Positions 11,801 through 23,988 of a stretch of DNA of 64,000 nt are shown piece by piece. The translations under genes were made by a program, and so were the position numbers. The notes beneath the pieces were generated by a model. The model did not search any database. It worked only from the letters and a program-made list of their open reading frames with translations, and was not told where the DNA came from. The stretch is taken from positions 3,553,780 through 3,617,779 of the forward strand of contig MU058009.1 in NCBI GenBank assembly GCA_013265495.1. The letters are read 5' to 3'. Origin of the DNA: Vicugna vicugna (Eukaryota). Numbering within the stretch: the stretch's first letter is position 1; each line of letters begins with the position of its first letter.

Positions 11801-13775
11801 AGGGGAGGGGAAAGGGCACGGCGCTGCGTTCACACTCTGCTTTGCTGGGCACTTGTGACAGGGCGCTGTTCAGCGGGGCCGATGGGCCAAGTTCCTGCCA
11901 CGCGAGCTAACACGTGGGTGCCAGCAGCAGCCAGGCCGGGCGGCGCTTCTGGGATGTGAGGGAGGCGCATGAGACCCTAACCGTGTTTACAGGAAAAGTG
12001 AAAAGTCGGTTTGGGACGGTGGGACCCTGGGCGTGATGTCCAAGCACTTGGAAACTTGGCAAAAAAAAAAAAAAAAAAACAGGGAGGGGAGACGGCAGAG
12101 GGACTTCACAAAGTGGACCCTGGCTTCCAGGCTCGGAGCTGCGCTGGGGACAAGCCATGGGCAGCTCACCGTGTCCTTCACACCCAGTCACTGTCCTCTC
12201 CTTGGGGCGTTTGCTCGCGGGGCCTGGGGAGCCCCGGCCGGGCCAGCAGGCCCTGCTTGTGAAGGCCGCCCCTGGGGGGCAGCTTTGGTCGCCAGGAGCA
12301 CAGTCAGTCCTCGTGCTGCTTCTTCCCTTTTCTCACTTTTGAAGCCAAACGTGAGCCCTGGAACCGCTCCTCATCGGCTATGACGGCCGCCCTGACCTCT
12401 GTGGTTCCTCAGCAGCCTCTCCTACGGTGCTCGTGTGAAGGGCGAGCTGTGACCCCGAAGGGCCTCCCCTGGGTCCCCGCTTCAGCGTCCGCTGGGCACT
12501 GTGTCTCGCCGCTCCCTGGGGCTCTGTCCCCTGCATGCGTGCAGTCTGGCCACCCTAAGTTACAGGGGCCCAGGCTGGGACCAGCTACTTGTCATGGACG
12601 GGCCAAACCTGGGTTGGCTTTAGTCCCAGTTTATCCCTTGGGATGAGGTGAGCTCTCTCGAGACCCTAAGAAGTGGTGACCTTTCCCGGTCAACACGGGA
12701 CACGTGATTCTGGCGCATGCAGGAACGCATGCTGGGAAGCCCGCGAGGCTCTTGCTGTCTCCTCGTGGTGGAAGCACTTTGGAGAGGACTGTGGTGTCTG
12801 GGGTAGGTCTCTGGTCCAGAGTTTTTTGGTTTGGAGCTCATGGCCTGCTTCTGTCCACCAACTAGAATGATGAGGATGATTAAAAAAAAAACCCGCCTTG
12901 CTTTCCATCTGGCCTCGGCAGAGGTCCTGCACACTCTTCAAGCACGCTGATGCGCATGCCTTTCAGATTTCAAGTTGGTTCTGGGGGCCTGAGCACGGCT
13001 GGATGGGGAGCGTGAACATGTGAACTCAGAGTCTCAGAGTTGCCCACGTTTTCTGCAGGTGAAGGCAGTTCCCTCTGTGCGCGGGTCTTTCCACCTGCCT
13101 GCCGGCCGGGGAGCTGCTCCCCCGGGTGTTGTGAGGACTCATTAATGCTTGTCAGGCTGCAAGCACGCGGTGCTAAGTGGGGCTCCACGCTGAGCCTGCT
13201 GGTATTCACGCAGCTCCCCTCCTTTCTGCTCTGTTGGCTTGTTATGTGTTTACTTTATGTCTGCAGTCATTTGAAATTCAATAAAACTAATTAAACATAA
13301 AAAATGAAAACATGCAAAAATAAGGTAATCGATGGCTTACGGGTGGGAGGGGGTCAGGGTGCCACATCCTCCCGAGTGTCTCCTCCCACCGTGGCGGACG
13401 CCTCCTTCCCTTAGAGGGTGCACGGGCCAAGACCCTACGGGACCTACGGGATTCAGAAGACTCACGGAGCGGGCCTCCCAACCCTCTGCGGGAGGAGACT
13501 GCCTGGAGGTGCAGCGGGGGCAGGACAAACGGCAGAGGGAGGGGTGCTGGGGAGGAGGTGGGCTGGAGTTTTGGAGGGAAGAAGCCAGCTGGACTCGGCC
13601 TGGCGAAGGGCGGGAAGAAAAGGGCTCTAGCCTCTGCTTTGCCGATGACTCTGTTCAGGAACCTCTGAGAGCTTATACTTTATTTTACGCATTTGTGCAC
13701 TTGCTTCTGCACCCTCCTGGGTTAAGTCTGCTCTATCGCTGCTTAGACTTAAAAGAGCTTAAATCCAAGAGAGGT

Positions 13776-13940
13776 GTGTTCCTCTGCCTCCCTTCCCATC
13801 CTCTCTCCCTGCCTCAGCCTCCTTTTCTCTCCCCTTTCCTCCCTCCCTCTTTCTGCCCTCTCTCCCCCTCTTCTCTGCCCTCCCTTTCCCCTCTCTCTTT
13901 CCCTTTTTCTTCCCTCCTTTCATTTTCCCCTCTCCTCCAT
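13776..13940. repeat. Polypyrimidine/polypurine low-complexity tract
   Basis: About 165 bp almost entirely C/T on the + strand. Confidence 0.9.
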
Positions 13941-14569
13941 GGGAAAAATAATTGATCAGCTGACAGATCTGGGTCAAGCCGGCAGGGGTTGCTCCATCAT
14001 GCAGGCTTGCCTGGGAGAGGAGGGGAGTCTGTACTCCCTCCCTCCCTCCGGGTCACAAGGAGCTCGGATGGCAGGGTGCAAGGGGGAGGGGACCCAGGAA
14101 CTGATGCCGGAGCTCCCACCCAGGCAGCGTCCTCAGCGACACTCCCTCTGCCTGGGTCCTGCTTCTGCTCCGTCCAGACCCTGCTCGTCTCAGTTTTCCT
14201 CATTTTTCTTTCCACTTGCCCTTCTTTTTCTCTTCTCTTTTTCTCCTCCTTCCAAAACCAAGACAAGAGATCGCAGAATCTCCCCCACTTAAGTCATATT
14301 AGAGAAATGGCCTTTTGTTTATTTGCAAAAAGGAAAAGAGAAACCCTGCCAAGAGCTCTGTAAGTCATTTGCAAACTGCAAAACCAACCAACAACGGTTC
14401 ACATTTTCAGCGCTGAGAATAGAGTATTTCAAGAGAGACTGTCAAGCTGAGAAACCAAATATTGGAAAACACATTCTTCAGCACTTTGCTCAGGACATCT
14501 TGGGTTACTAAATTTGATTTTTTTTGTGCTTCTCAAAGAGTATTGGCCTTTATAGTAATAAAAGACTGT

Positions 14570-15075
14570 TCAAAAGACTGGCTGGAAAAAAAATTTCCAT
14601 AAAACAATAGTAATGAGGAGAGGCTAGCCCTCCCATATCAAAACATATCAGAGTGTTACAATAATCTAAACAGTGTGGTCCCGGCAGACGAGTAGAGATC
14701 TGCAAAACTGGCTGCAAAGTCCAGAATCCAACCCAAATACACAAGGGCATTCAGTACATAACACTCGCAATCTAGAGAGGAAAGGTGGGGTTTTAAATAC
14801 ATGGTATTGGGTAGCATTCTGGAAGGAAAAAAAAAGTTGGCTCTCTGCCTCCTGTGTTCTAGCAAAATAAATTCCAGATGGATTGTAGCTGGACAAAGGA
14901 TATAAACTTGAAACACAAAAATTTAAAACCAACAGGAAAAAAATGGGAGAATTATTTTATAGTCACGGAATAAGAAAGACCTTTGTTGATATGACACAAA
15001 ATGTAGTCATAAATAACTATTAAAAATGTACAAATTATAGTTGAAAAAAAAGCCAATAATATGAAAACTACACAG
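14570..15075 (+). mobile_element. Old L1 (L1M-type) ORF2 fragment
   Basis: gctagccctcccatatcaaaacat...aaacagtgtggt...gtccagaatc...aaaataaattccagatggatt resembles the 3' part of L1 ORF2. Confidence 0.75.
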
Positions 15076-16312
15076 AGCAGCTGGTTTTGGCTTCAACTGC
15101 TCATTCGAGTTTCCTCTTTCAGAAGCGCTTCCCTTGCTTGTGTTGGTGGTGGTGCCACCAAACTCAGCCAGCACAGACTTAATCTGGTTATTGGCCCATC
15201 ATTTCAATCAACCAGCAAGTGTTCGCTGAGAACCTGTTATGGTCCGTGCATTGTTGTAGACGCGGCGAGCGAATCAGTGACCAAAACCGACTAAAGGCAG
15301 AGCAGTCTCCCAGAACTGACTTGATATGCCGTCCCTTTCCATCATGTCGGGAAGCACCAACAGGAGGGCCAGAAGCAAGGGGGAGGCTTGGTGACACGGT
15401 CCCCGCAAATGATGGTGGGCGTCGAGAGGGCATCCTGGACCCTTGCTGCTGGACGGGGAGCACTGGGGGAGGATGCACAGCCAGCCTGGCTCTGTGTTCA
15501 TCAGGGAAGGGCGGCCGCCTCTGCTACGCGCCTTGGCTCCTGCCCCGAAGGAGCTCATGCATGTGTGATGTGCCCTCATGTGCCCTGGGGGCCACAAAGG
15601 CTGCTGTAAGGTGGTTGGCTCTGTGACCGTTGGCTCTTGTCACTCAAGCTAGTGATTGATTCTTGGCACCGCTGCCGCCCTGTCCTGTGGCCTGCCCACC
15701 TCCTTTGTGCCCTGTCTTCTGCACAGAACCAGAGGACCAAAGAAGGCAAGGGGGAACACTTACTCAGGACAGGATTTGCAGGCAGCTAGTCCGGACGAAG
15801 CAGATGAACTGTGTGAGGGACTCCTGTTTCAGAGTAGACTTAACACGACCAGCCTTTTGAGAGCCCGTCTTTTTGGCTCCCCATTCATCACACACTGATT
15901 TAGGCTTCCTGGCCTCATCAACGTGTCTTGTCATTTATTTGCGCTCCTCTGATGCTGTAACTGTGGGTGGGAACCAAGTCTTCTTTCAATTCATCACCTT
16001 GTGTTTTCAGCCATATGTACCCAGAGGGGATTTAGCTTCTCCTTTGCTCGCACTGTGCACTGTCGCTCCCCCCTGAAGCCCTAGGATGATGGCTTGGCTG
16101 CCTGCTTCTGTCTGCATTTCCATCGTGGGGGTGATGCTCATTCTCAGCTTTTCTCCCATAGAAGAGCAAGTGAGTACCTTTCTCATGGACCCATGATTCT
16201 TCCAAGTCAAGCAACCTGGAGCCATTCCTCTTCTGACCCTGTCTCAGAAGTTGGGAGGTCCTCAGGAATTAGGGGCAAAAGTGTGTTTATTTGCAATATG
16301 CCTGTTGTCTCA

Positions 16313-16482
16313 GCCAGAGGTTCTCAAATTTGGTGTACTTAGACTCTCCGAGGAGCTTTATAAAAGTGTCAATATCTGGCCCCCATCCCAGAACCATTAA
16401 ATCAGAATCTCTTCATGAGATATTCTGATACTTTTCAGACCTCTCTGAGAGGTTCCAATCTGCGGCCAGGTTTGGAAACCCT
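16313..16482. mobile_element. MER5-like hAT-Charlie MITE
   Basis: cagaggttctcaaa...ccccatcccaga...aatcagaatctct...caggtttggaaacc. Confidence 0.75.
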
Positions 16483-17629
16483 ACCTCCAAAGTCATCTGA
16501 AAATGTTCAACAGCCTGGAAGGAGACGTGCTCCCTCAGTTTCTACACCTTGAAAATAAAGCAGCCGGCCTAAAAGATTTTCAAGTTTCATTTCAAGTTCG
16601 ACATTTCGCAATTCCACACACAGTCTTTGTGAGTGTGGTACTTGAATGGTAGTGGTGCAGGAAAGCAGTATGCAGAGGCAGCCTCTGTCTGCAGGACGCT
16701 GAGAACATATAGACAGTCACTGGCGGGCGAGCAGAGTCGGCACGTGTGAGTGGTGTGTGTGCCAACGCCGCACGCTGCGTCCTCCACGCCGCACCACGCC
16801 TCCAGAGGTGCACGTGTGATTCCTCATCTGGAAGCATCTCCAGGTGGGAGGAAAGGACTAGCAGTCACAACGTTTCAGTTTGGAGGACTCGGGAATGACA
16901 CTGACTTGTAGCTGATCGGTCCCACACGAGAAATTCAGGGTGGCTGAAGGCGTGAGAGTGGGTGGAGGATGGATGTGTGAGCTGGATTTGGTGAGCAGTA
17001 AGTGGCGGCGAGCCCTGCAGACACTCCGTCCCTGAGTGTGACGATCCGCAGAGCCCTCTTCCCCCGGCCTCCACTCCCGCTCCCCACCCCCAGGAACCGG
17101 CCACCCCACTGCTGCTCCGCTGCTCTCCTGCGCATGGGCCCCGAAGGCTCAAGGCTCGGAACCCAGTGGCAGCCTTGCAGCTGCCGTGTTCGGCGGCAGT
17201 GGAGCCTGCTCTCCTCTCCATGCCAGGTCAGGTCCTGCCGTGCAGGCCAGGGTGGAAACCCGCCTGTTGTTGATGGAGCCAGCAGGGGTAGGGCGCACCT
17301 GGGGAGCAGAGCTATGCTGCAGTTTGTGCCAAGGGCAGCCAGTGGGTAGCTCACCCGGCGTTCACACTCTGTGCCAGCCAACCCCAGAGTCACAACGGCC
17401 CAAGCCCAGAGGAGCTTTCAAGGTGGTTCATTTCGGTTCCTCTCTGCAGCCCTGACACCTCCACGGTGCAGCTGCGTGGCCCCCAACTTCTGTCTCCAAT
17501 ACGGGGGAACTTGCATCTCTCCAGGCAGCTGCTGCATCTGACCGCTCTGCTAGACAGGGGGACAGAGGAGACGAGTCTGCCTTCTCGGGCCTCCCAGCCA
17601 TTCGCTCTGGGTTTGGAGAGAAAACAGAA

Positions 17630-17850
17630 CGTGGTGGCTGGATCGCCTGGGTCCAAGCGCTGCCGCTTCCTCGTCTGAAACCTTCGGCGACTTCATCAGC
17701 CTCTGTGTGTGGTTGTGTTCCCGCCCGTATAAAATGGAGCTATTTATGAGACTTACCTATAAGGGCTGTTAGGAGGATGAAGTAAGTTGCTGCAGATAAA
17801 GGGCTTGGACGGCTGCCTGGCACATAGTAAGCTCTCAATAAATACAACCT
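17630..17850 (+). mobile_element. MIR SINE
   Basis: tataaaatgg...agggctgttaggaggat...tgcctggcacatagtaagctctcaataaat. Confidence 0.85.
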
Positions 17851-20749
17851 GATAGTGCTATGATTGTCACTAATACCGCCACCCACGGGACAAGTCTAAT
17901 TTTCCTTCAGCACGACTTTTTGTCAAATATTTGGAAACACGACTCCCTCCCTCCTCCGAGGTTACCTGTTCCCAGCGGCTCCCCTGGCTTCTGTACGATC
18001 ACCCACAGAAAGGGCGCTGGTTGTCCTTTTCTAAGGTTATTCCGGTTACTCTGTCTTCTTGTTAAAGGAGGTCTCCCAGTGTGCTCTGTGCAGCCCAGAA
18101 GACACAGGCTGTCGCCCCTCCTGACTCCAAATCCAGATGAAATGACGTCTCAGCTCTTTGGAAGGGCCTGGCCTGGGTGTGCCGGCTGCTCTCCTGACCC
18201 CTGTACTCCCGTCCACGGACTCCTTGGGGTTTTCTGCTGTTTCCTCCTCCCAGTACGTGTGCACACTGCTCCCTCTGCTGAGCGCCCCCCTGTCTCTCCT
18301 GAAAACACTTGTTAGGATTCAAGACAAAACTGCAGGCTCAGCGTCCCTTCCTTCTTTGGCGCCCCCGTCACTCTGGCACTGAGGCTGGCTCTCCATACCC
18401 ACCGCACATCCGGGCAGCCCCTGCCTGCACGTCTGTCTCCCCTCACCAGACCCTGAGCGCCTGGAGGGCAGGGGCTGCCTCTTTTGTCTGCACACCTGGC
18501 AGAGTGTGACTCCCCGTGTTTGTGGGTGGAGCAAAGGGAGGGAGGCAGGGAGAGAGAGGAGGGTCTGGGATGCCACTGGGTTTACCAGGAGCCACAGAGC
18601 TCCCTGGACTCGCGGTGAGCTGTAATTCCACCGCCCACCCCCATCCGGCTCCTGTGTTGTTTCACTGTGCACACTGCAACCTGGCCTCCAACTCGCCCTG
18701 TCTGATGTGTCTTATTAGAGTCCACTGTGTCTTCCTTCTGACAAGATCCTTTCTGGACTCTGAGCGGACATCAGTCATTCCTCCTGGCGGTACCCGGTCA
18801 TGAACCAGATGCTGCAGGCACGCAGGTGGTGGAGATGAGCTCACTCTTTCCAGCTAAACTTACCCAAGAGTAGGAACAGTCCGTCCAGTGGCTGGTGGAT
18901 CGGAAGCGTGGGCGGGGGTGGTCCTCTCTCTGAACCACGTTGGCATCAGAGGGAACAGCAGGGAAGGTTGGGCCTAAAAGAAGAGGGAAGTGGGTGGGTT
19001 CCTTCATCTGGAGAAGATGGACAAGTGCTTCTTATCTGCTCCTTCAAACTGATTCTTCCTCCCTCTTCCCCCAAGCCCCACCCCCCTGCCCCGGGGCCCT
19101 CCCCTAAACAGCCGGAGGAAACCTGGCCCAGACGTGGAAAAGGTGAATTGACAGCCTTTTTCTCAGAGCAGTCGGTGAGCACAGACATCTGTAGTTGGAT
19201 AAACCATTGCGCCGATTCTGAAAACAGATGAGAAGTAATTGTTCTCTGTTTCTCCTCCCTTTTTCCTTAAAGCTTCTTAATAAAAGGATCTAAATGCCTT
19301 TTCACTGCTTTTACTTTCTTGCACCGCTGAAGCCTTGTCCGAGGCTCGAACAGTTTAATCCTTAAATCCAGACGTCTAGCGCCGTGAGACACCTCGGGAT
19401 GTGCCTAGTCTCCCACCCACGGCACCATCCCACCTGAATGAGGCTTGCTAACTCCTGCTCAGCAATTCCGGGATATCCAGGGGGCAGACACTCAGCACCG
19501 GAGTTGTGGTCCCGGTGCTGGCTGTCTATCCCCGTCGCCTGTGGAGATTGTCATCAGCAGATGTCCAGGTCCAGCTCACAAAAATTCTCATAACGGGTCA
19601 GAATAGTGCAGGGTCAGCTTCGCTTTGAAGCAACCACCTGACCCCACGGGGCAGACACAGCTGCCGAGAGCTCGTGGCCCTTTCCATCAGTTTCTGCCGA
19701 TGGAAAGTACGCAGACGTTTCCTGGGTGGGGGTTTGAGGACTGTGCCCAGGAAGCTGTGCTGTGTGAAGCTTACCATTGCCCTCCTTTCCTGACTGAGAG
19801 CCTGGCATCCTACCTGGAGGCCCAGGAACCAGCCTGCAAACAGGAGGACAAGAGAAACCAGGTCAGGAATGGCGAAGCGGGAAGTTCTTGCTGCTTCAGT
19901 GAATCAGAGCTGGCTGAGTGCCGTTTCGTGTGGCTCAGTCTCACAGAAGGACCTCAAGTTCAAGATGACAGAGCAGTCGTGCCAACCCTGGAATACGTAT
20001 TTCCACACATTCTTTATGGAAAAGGAATCCCTGTATAATTATGTTTCTGTTACGTGCAGCTGAATACAGTCCTAATGCATCCATGCAGAGCAAAAATTTG
20101 CCTCTTCCTAACGTATGCCGGCCAGAGCTACTCAAAATGCAAGGACGTTGTGTGACCCAGCTCCTTCCTAAGACGGGACTATCGTGGACCCAACTTGACA
20201 GTCTTAGTTCCCTCTCACGATGATCACGCACAGAACCTCTGGACCACTCATCGTCCTGATCACGGCCTTCTAAACAGGCGCCAGTGTGATAACGGTCCTC
20301 TCAAAAGGGCTACCAGACAGACCATTCCTGATGTCGCTCGAACGGTGCAGTAGGAGTGGCCTCTTGCCTACCGCCTTCCGGACTTCATAGATGTCTAGTC
20401 CACCTTTACTGCCTTCCTGTCTTTTCTGGAAGCACCACACTGTTGGCTCATATGGATTTTGTGCTCATTCCTCTGACAAAAAAGCTACTATTAAGACCGC
20501 ACCCATCCTTGCTTTTGAGTGTTTGGAATTTCACTGCACGCGGGTCCATTATTTAAAGCCACTGAGGCTGGCTTTTGTAATCTGATGCGCTGTCACCATC
20601 AGCTCTGTGTCATCCCCAAAGGATATAGACATGTCATGTCCACATCTCCAAAGTGAATGATAAAAAAAATGCAAAATAATAGACTCTGAGGGCGTGGCCA
20701 AGGTCTCGCTAACCTTTACGTTTCACCCGCTCCAGAACGGTTTATTCAG

Positions 20750-21170
20750 GCCTACTGTGTGCTAGCTGTACTGTTCTCATGCTCAGTGAACTAAGACAGT
20801 TCGACACGATGTGGTAAGTGCGGGGATAAAAGCGGGTCATGTTTGCTACGGCAGCATCTCGATTTTTCAGGTCAGAGAACTCTTCCAGAAGGACGAGCTG
20901 GTAAAGGTGGGACAGAGGTGACTAGGTTTAACCAGGGAAGAGGAGAGATGGGTGTGACAAACAAAGGAAATTGCATACGCCGAAGCCCAGGGGCAGGACA
21001 GCAGCGGTAGGAATCCTGTGTCCAACCTGGCCAGATGGCGTGTGTCGGTGTAGTTTGGGGGGACAGAGCTGGAGGGTTGTAGGCAGAAAGACAAGAGGTG
21101 TATGTAGAGAAGCAGGCAGAGGTCAGACCTTGAATGGTCTTACAGTTCTCGTTAAATACTTTATGCTGAG
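20750..21170 (-). mobile_element. L2 fragment, degenerate
   Basis: Purine-rich antisense L2-like text (ttccagaaggacgagctg...gcaggcagaggtcagaccttgaatggtctt). Confidence 0.5.
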
Positions 21171-21249
21171 GGAAGAGAGTGTGCGGAAGGGCCGTGTGCC
21201 AGAGAGATTTGAAGTTTGCGTTGTTAAATAACGTGACTTGGGTCCCTTA

Positions 21250-21735
21250 ATCAAACAGATATTTGTACACCGACGTTCAAAGCAGCATTATTCACAGTAG
21301 CCCAAAGTGGAAGCAACCCCAGTGCCCACCCACGGAGGGAGGGATGGGCCAACAGAACGTGGTCTGAACATACAATCAGGTACCATCCAGCCTTAAGGAT
21401 GAAGTCCTGACACGTGCGACGATGTGGATGAACCTGAACGCAGTACGCGAAGTGAAGTAAGTCAGACAGGAAAGGACAAGCACTGTTTGCTGCAACTTCC
21501 GTGGAGCACGTAGCACAGGCCAATTCATAGAGACCGAAAGAGGCGCTACCAGGAGCAGGGAGTGGGGAGTCATGATTTAATGGGTCCAGAGTTTCAGTCT
21601 GGGATGATAAAAAATTGGGGCAGAAGGACGGTGGTGATGGCTGCACAACACCGTGAGTGTTCTTGATGCCAATGAACTGCACACTTAAAATGGTGAGTTT
21701 TATCTTGTGTGTATTTCACCACAATAAAGAAAAGC
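21250..21735 (+). mobile_element. L1MB-type 3' end
   Basis: caaacagatatttgtacacc...gcagcattattcacagtagcc...gagtttcagtctgggatgat...ggtggtgatggctgcacaac...cacttaaaatgg...ccacaataaa. Confidence 0.9.
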
Positions 21736-21921
21736 GGAAAGAGAGATGATCAGCGGTCCCCAGCTCTGCAGGGAGGCAGGGAGACTTCTCAGCTTGGTGC
21801 CAGGAGGTTGAAGAAGTTTGCATTTGATCGCTTTTGTTTTCTCCGACCGTGATTCTGGGAAAGGAGTCCACAGAGTATTAATCACTCCTTTCCTCATGAC
21901 ACTCTCTTCTCTCTGGATTTT

Positions 21922-22056
21922 AAAATTATTAGTAACGTTTTTATTGAAGTGGAGCTGATGCACATATTATGTGAGTTACAGATGTCTGATACAGTGATTC
22001 ATAATTTTTGAAGGTTATACACCATTTACAGTTATTATAAAACATTGGCTCTATTC
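21922..22056 (-). mobile_element. Short L1 3'-end insertion with 18-bp TSD
   Basis: ttttattgaagt...ggttatacaccatttacagttattataaaacattggct; flanks CTCTTCTCTCTGGATTTT (21904-21921) and CTCTTTTCTCTGGATTTT (22057-22074). Confidence 0.85.
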
Positions 22057-22317
22057 CTCTTTTCTCTGGATTTTTAAGGTGCAGTATGGTCTACCCCCAC
22101 CTTGTTTCCCACCTCTTTTTCTGGCTCTGGCCCCGCCCCTTAGAAAGGGTAAACACTGTCTCCCAGACGTGGTCAGAGCGCATGTCCAACTCAGTTCTCC
22201 GCAAACTCTGCAAGGAATTACGGACAGAGTCTTACATTTACAGTTTACAGAGGCTATCCTGTAAAATATGTTTCTTGATCCCCGCATCAATCAGAGTATC
22301 CTTTTCTCGAATTACAA

Positions 22318-22504
22318 AGAGGCATAAAGAAGATTTTGGGAGTAAAATGTTCGTTATCTTGATTGTGATGGTGATTTTATGAGTGTGTACGTATGTCGAA
22401 ACACGTTAAGTTGTACACTTTAAATATGTGAACTTCATCATGTCAGTTATTGCTCAATAAAGCTATTAAATATATATACACATATATATGTATATACATA
22501 TATA
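22318..22504 (+). mobile_element. L1ME-type 3' end with (TA)n tail
   Basis: tatcttgattgtgatggtg...gttgtacactttaaatatgtg...ctcaataaagct, then (TA)n. Confidence 0.8.
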
Positions 22505-22739
22505 AAGAATATCCTCTTCTCATCCAGGTCCATCATTAACTTCAAAAATTGATGTTTTCTTCTCTCTGAAGCCTTTATTTTCCTCACCTGTAAATGGGAT
22601 ATTTAAACTTCCTTGGAAAGTAGTTTTCATGTTTAATTGAATTATGTTTGTGAAACTCAATTCATACTGGAAAAGTAAAAGCCAACAATTTTAGGTTTTT
22701 AAATGGTGCAGGTGTTAGTGACCGTCCCTCCCCACGAGG

Positions 22740-23290
22740 TCATCCTCAGCCCCCCTGCCACGGTTACTCAGCGGCTCCCTCCCCTTCTGTCTCCTGCGTC
22801 CCCACTGTCTCAGCTTCTGTCATTGCTCCATAGACCACCGCAGCTTCTCAGTAGGTCTCCCGCTACCAGCTTGCATCCAGCTCAGTGCATCTTCCACCTT
22901 GGCCATAATTAATTATCTTGCTGCAAAAAACAAACTTTGTCTCTTTAATCCTTTACTAAAAATCTCCACTCGCTCCACAAGGCTCCCAAGATCAATTGCG
23001 AGTTCCTTAGCTTGGCACAGAAGGCCCTTCTGCATCCTGCTTCAGCCTCGGTCTGAAGCAAACTGTCCTCAAACTGTCCTTTAGCCCCAGTAAGCCTGAC
23101 ACTGACCCCGGCACTGACCCCAGCACTGACCGGACATGGACCCCAATGCTGACCTGGACTCTGACCCTGACACTGACTTGGACGCTGACCATAGACACGG
23201 ACCACAGGGCACTGACCCTGGACACTGACCTGGAAACTGACCCGGACACTGACACCCTTTCCCATCGCGGTGCCCTTGCACACCTGTGCT
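22740..23290 (+). mobile_element. L2 fragment interrupted by a minisatellite
   Basis: cttctcagtaggtctccc...gttccttagcttggcacagaaggcccttctg...cccttgcacacctg. Confidence 0.6.
23095..23256. repeat. Degenerate minisatellite, about 12-13 bp unit (CACTGACCCYGG-like), about 13 copies
   Basis: cctgacactgaccccggcactgaccccagcactgaccggac...ggcactgaccctggacactgacctggaaactgacccggacactgac. Confidence 0.9.
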
Positions 23291-23812
23291 TGGTGGGGGA
23301 GGTCCTGCCTGCAGGTCAGCCCAGTGCAATCCTGCGCACACTTGTTTCAGCGTTAAGAGGGAAGGAATAAAGATGGCCACGAAAAGAACTTAAAAGGCTG
23401 AAAATGGAGAACAGTGGTCTGAGACCTGCTCTAACCCAGCACTCCTACCCTCAGTGGGCCCCCCCAGCGGTTCCCCTGTTAGGGGTCCTTGGAGTCCTGG
23501 CTGACCGGGCGTGGTCCCTGAGTCCAAAACTCTGGGGCTTCCAGGAAGGCAGTTCTCTGCGTCTCAAGAAGCCCTTCTGGTGGGTGATTCACACAGAAAC
23601 TTGAGAACCGCTGGCTCAAAGCCGTTGTGCAGCTCAGGTGCACGGAGCTCTGGACGGGCTGCCCCTCTCTGCTCCGGGCCCTTGTAAGAGGGGGCTTGGT
23701 TTCCCTGGAATATTCCCATCTCAGGAAGAAACCACCAGACAAAGCAAGCTTGGTGGTATGTAAGCTATGAAAACATGTAAAAGATGGAAATAAATGCAAA
23801 TTCCCTTTTGCT

Positions 23813-23988
23813 CCAGTGGCCAGACTTAGTAAATAAAAATCCAGGATGCCCACTTAGACTCCAGAGCAGCCACACATAACTTTTCATGATGCAAGGCACA
23901 TGCTTAGACTAAACATTTATTTGCTATTTGTCTGGAACTCAGATTTAGCTGGGCCTCCTGGTTTCGTTCTGTTTTCATCTGGCACCCC
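23813..23988. mobile_element. MER53-like palindromic MITE
   Basis: gccagacttagtaaataaaaatccaggatgccca...ttagctgggcctcctgg...catctggcaccc. Confidence 0.8.

Noticed and set aside
13332..14292. 207-aa and 172-aa ORFs
   Set aside because: Their length comes from the stop-free polypyrimidine tract
23095..23256. CRISPR-like array
   Set aside because: Units are short, degenerate and contiguous with no unique spacers; no cas genes; mammalian context
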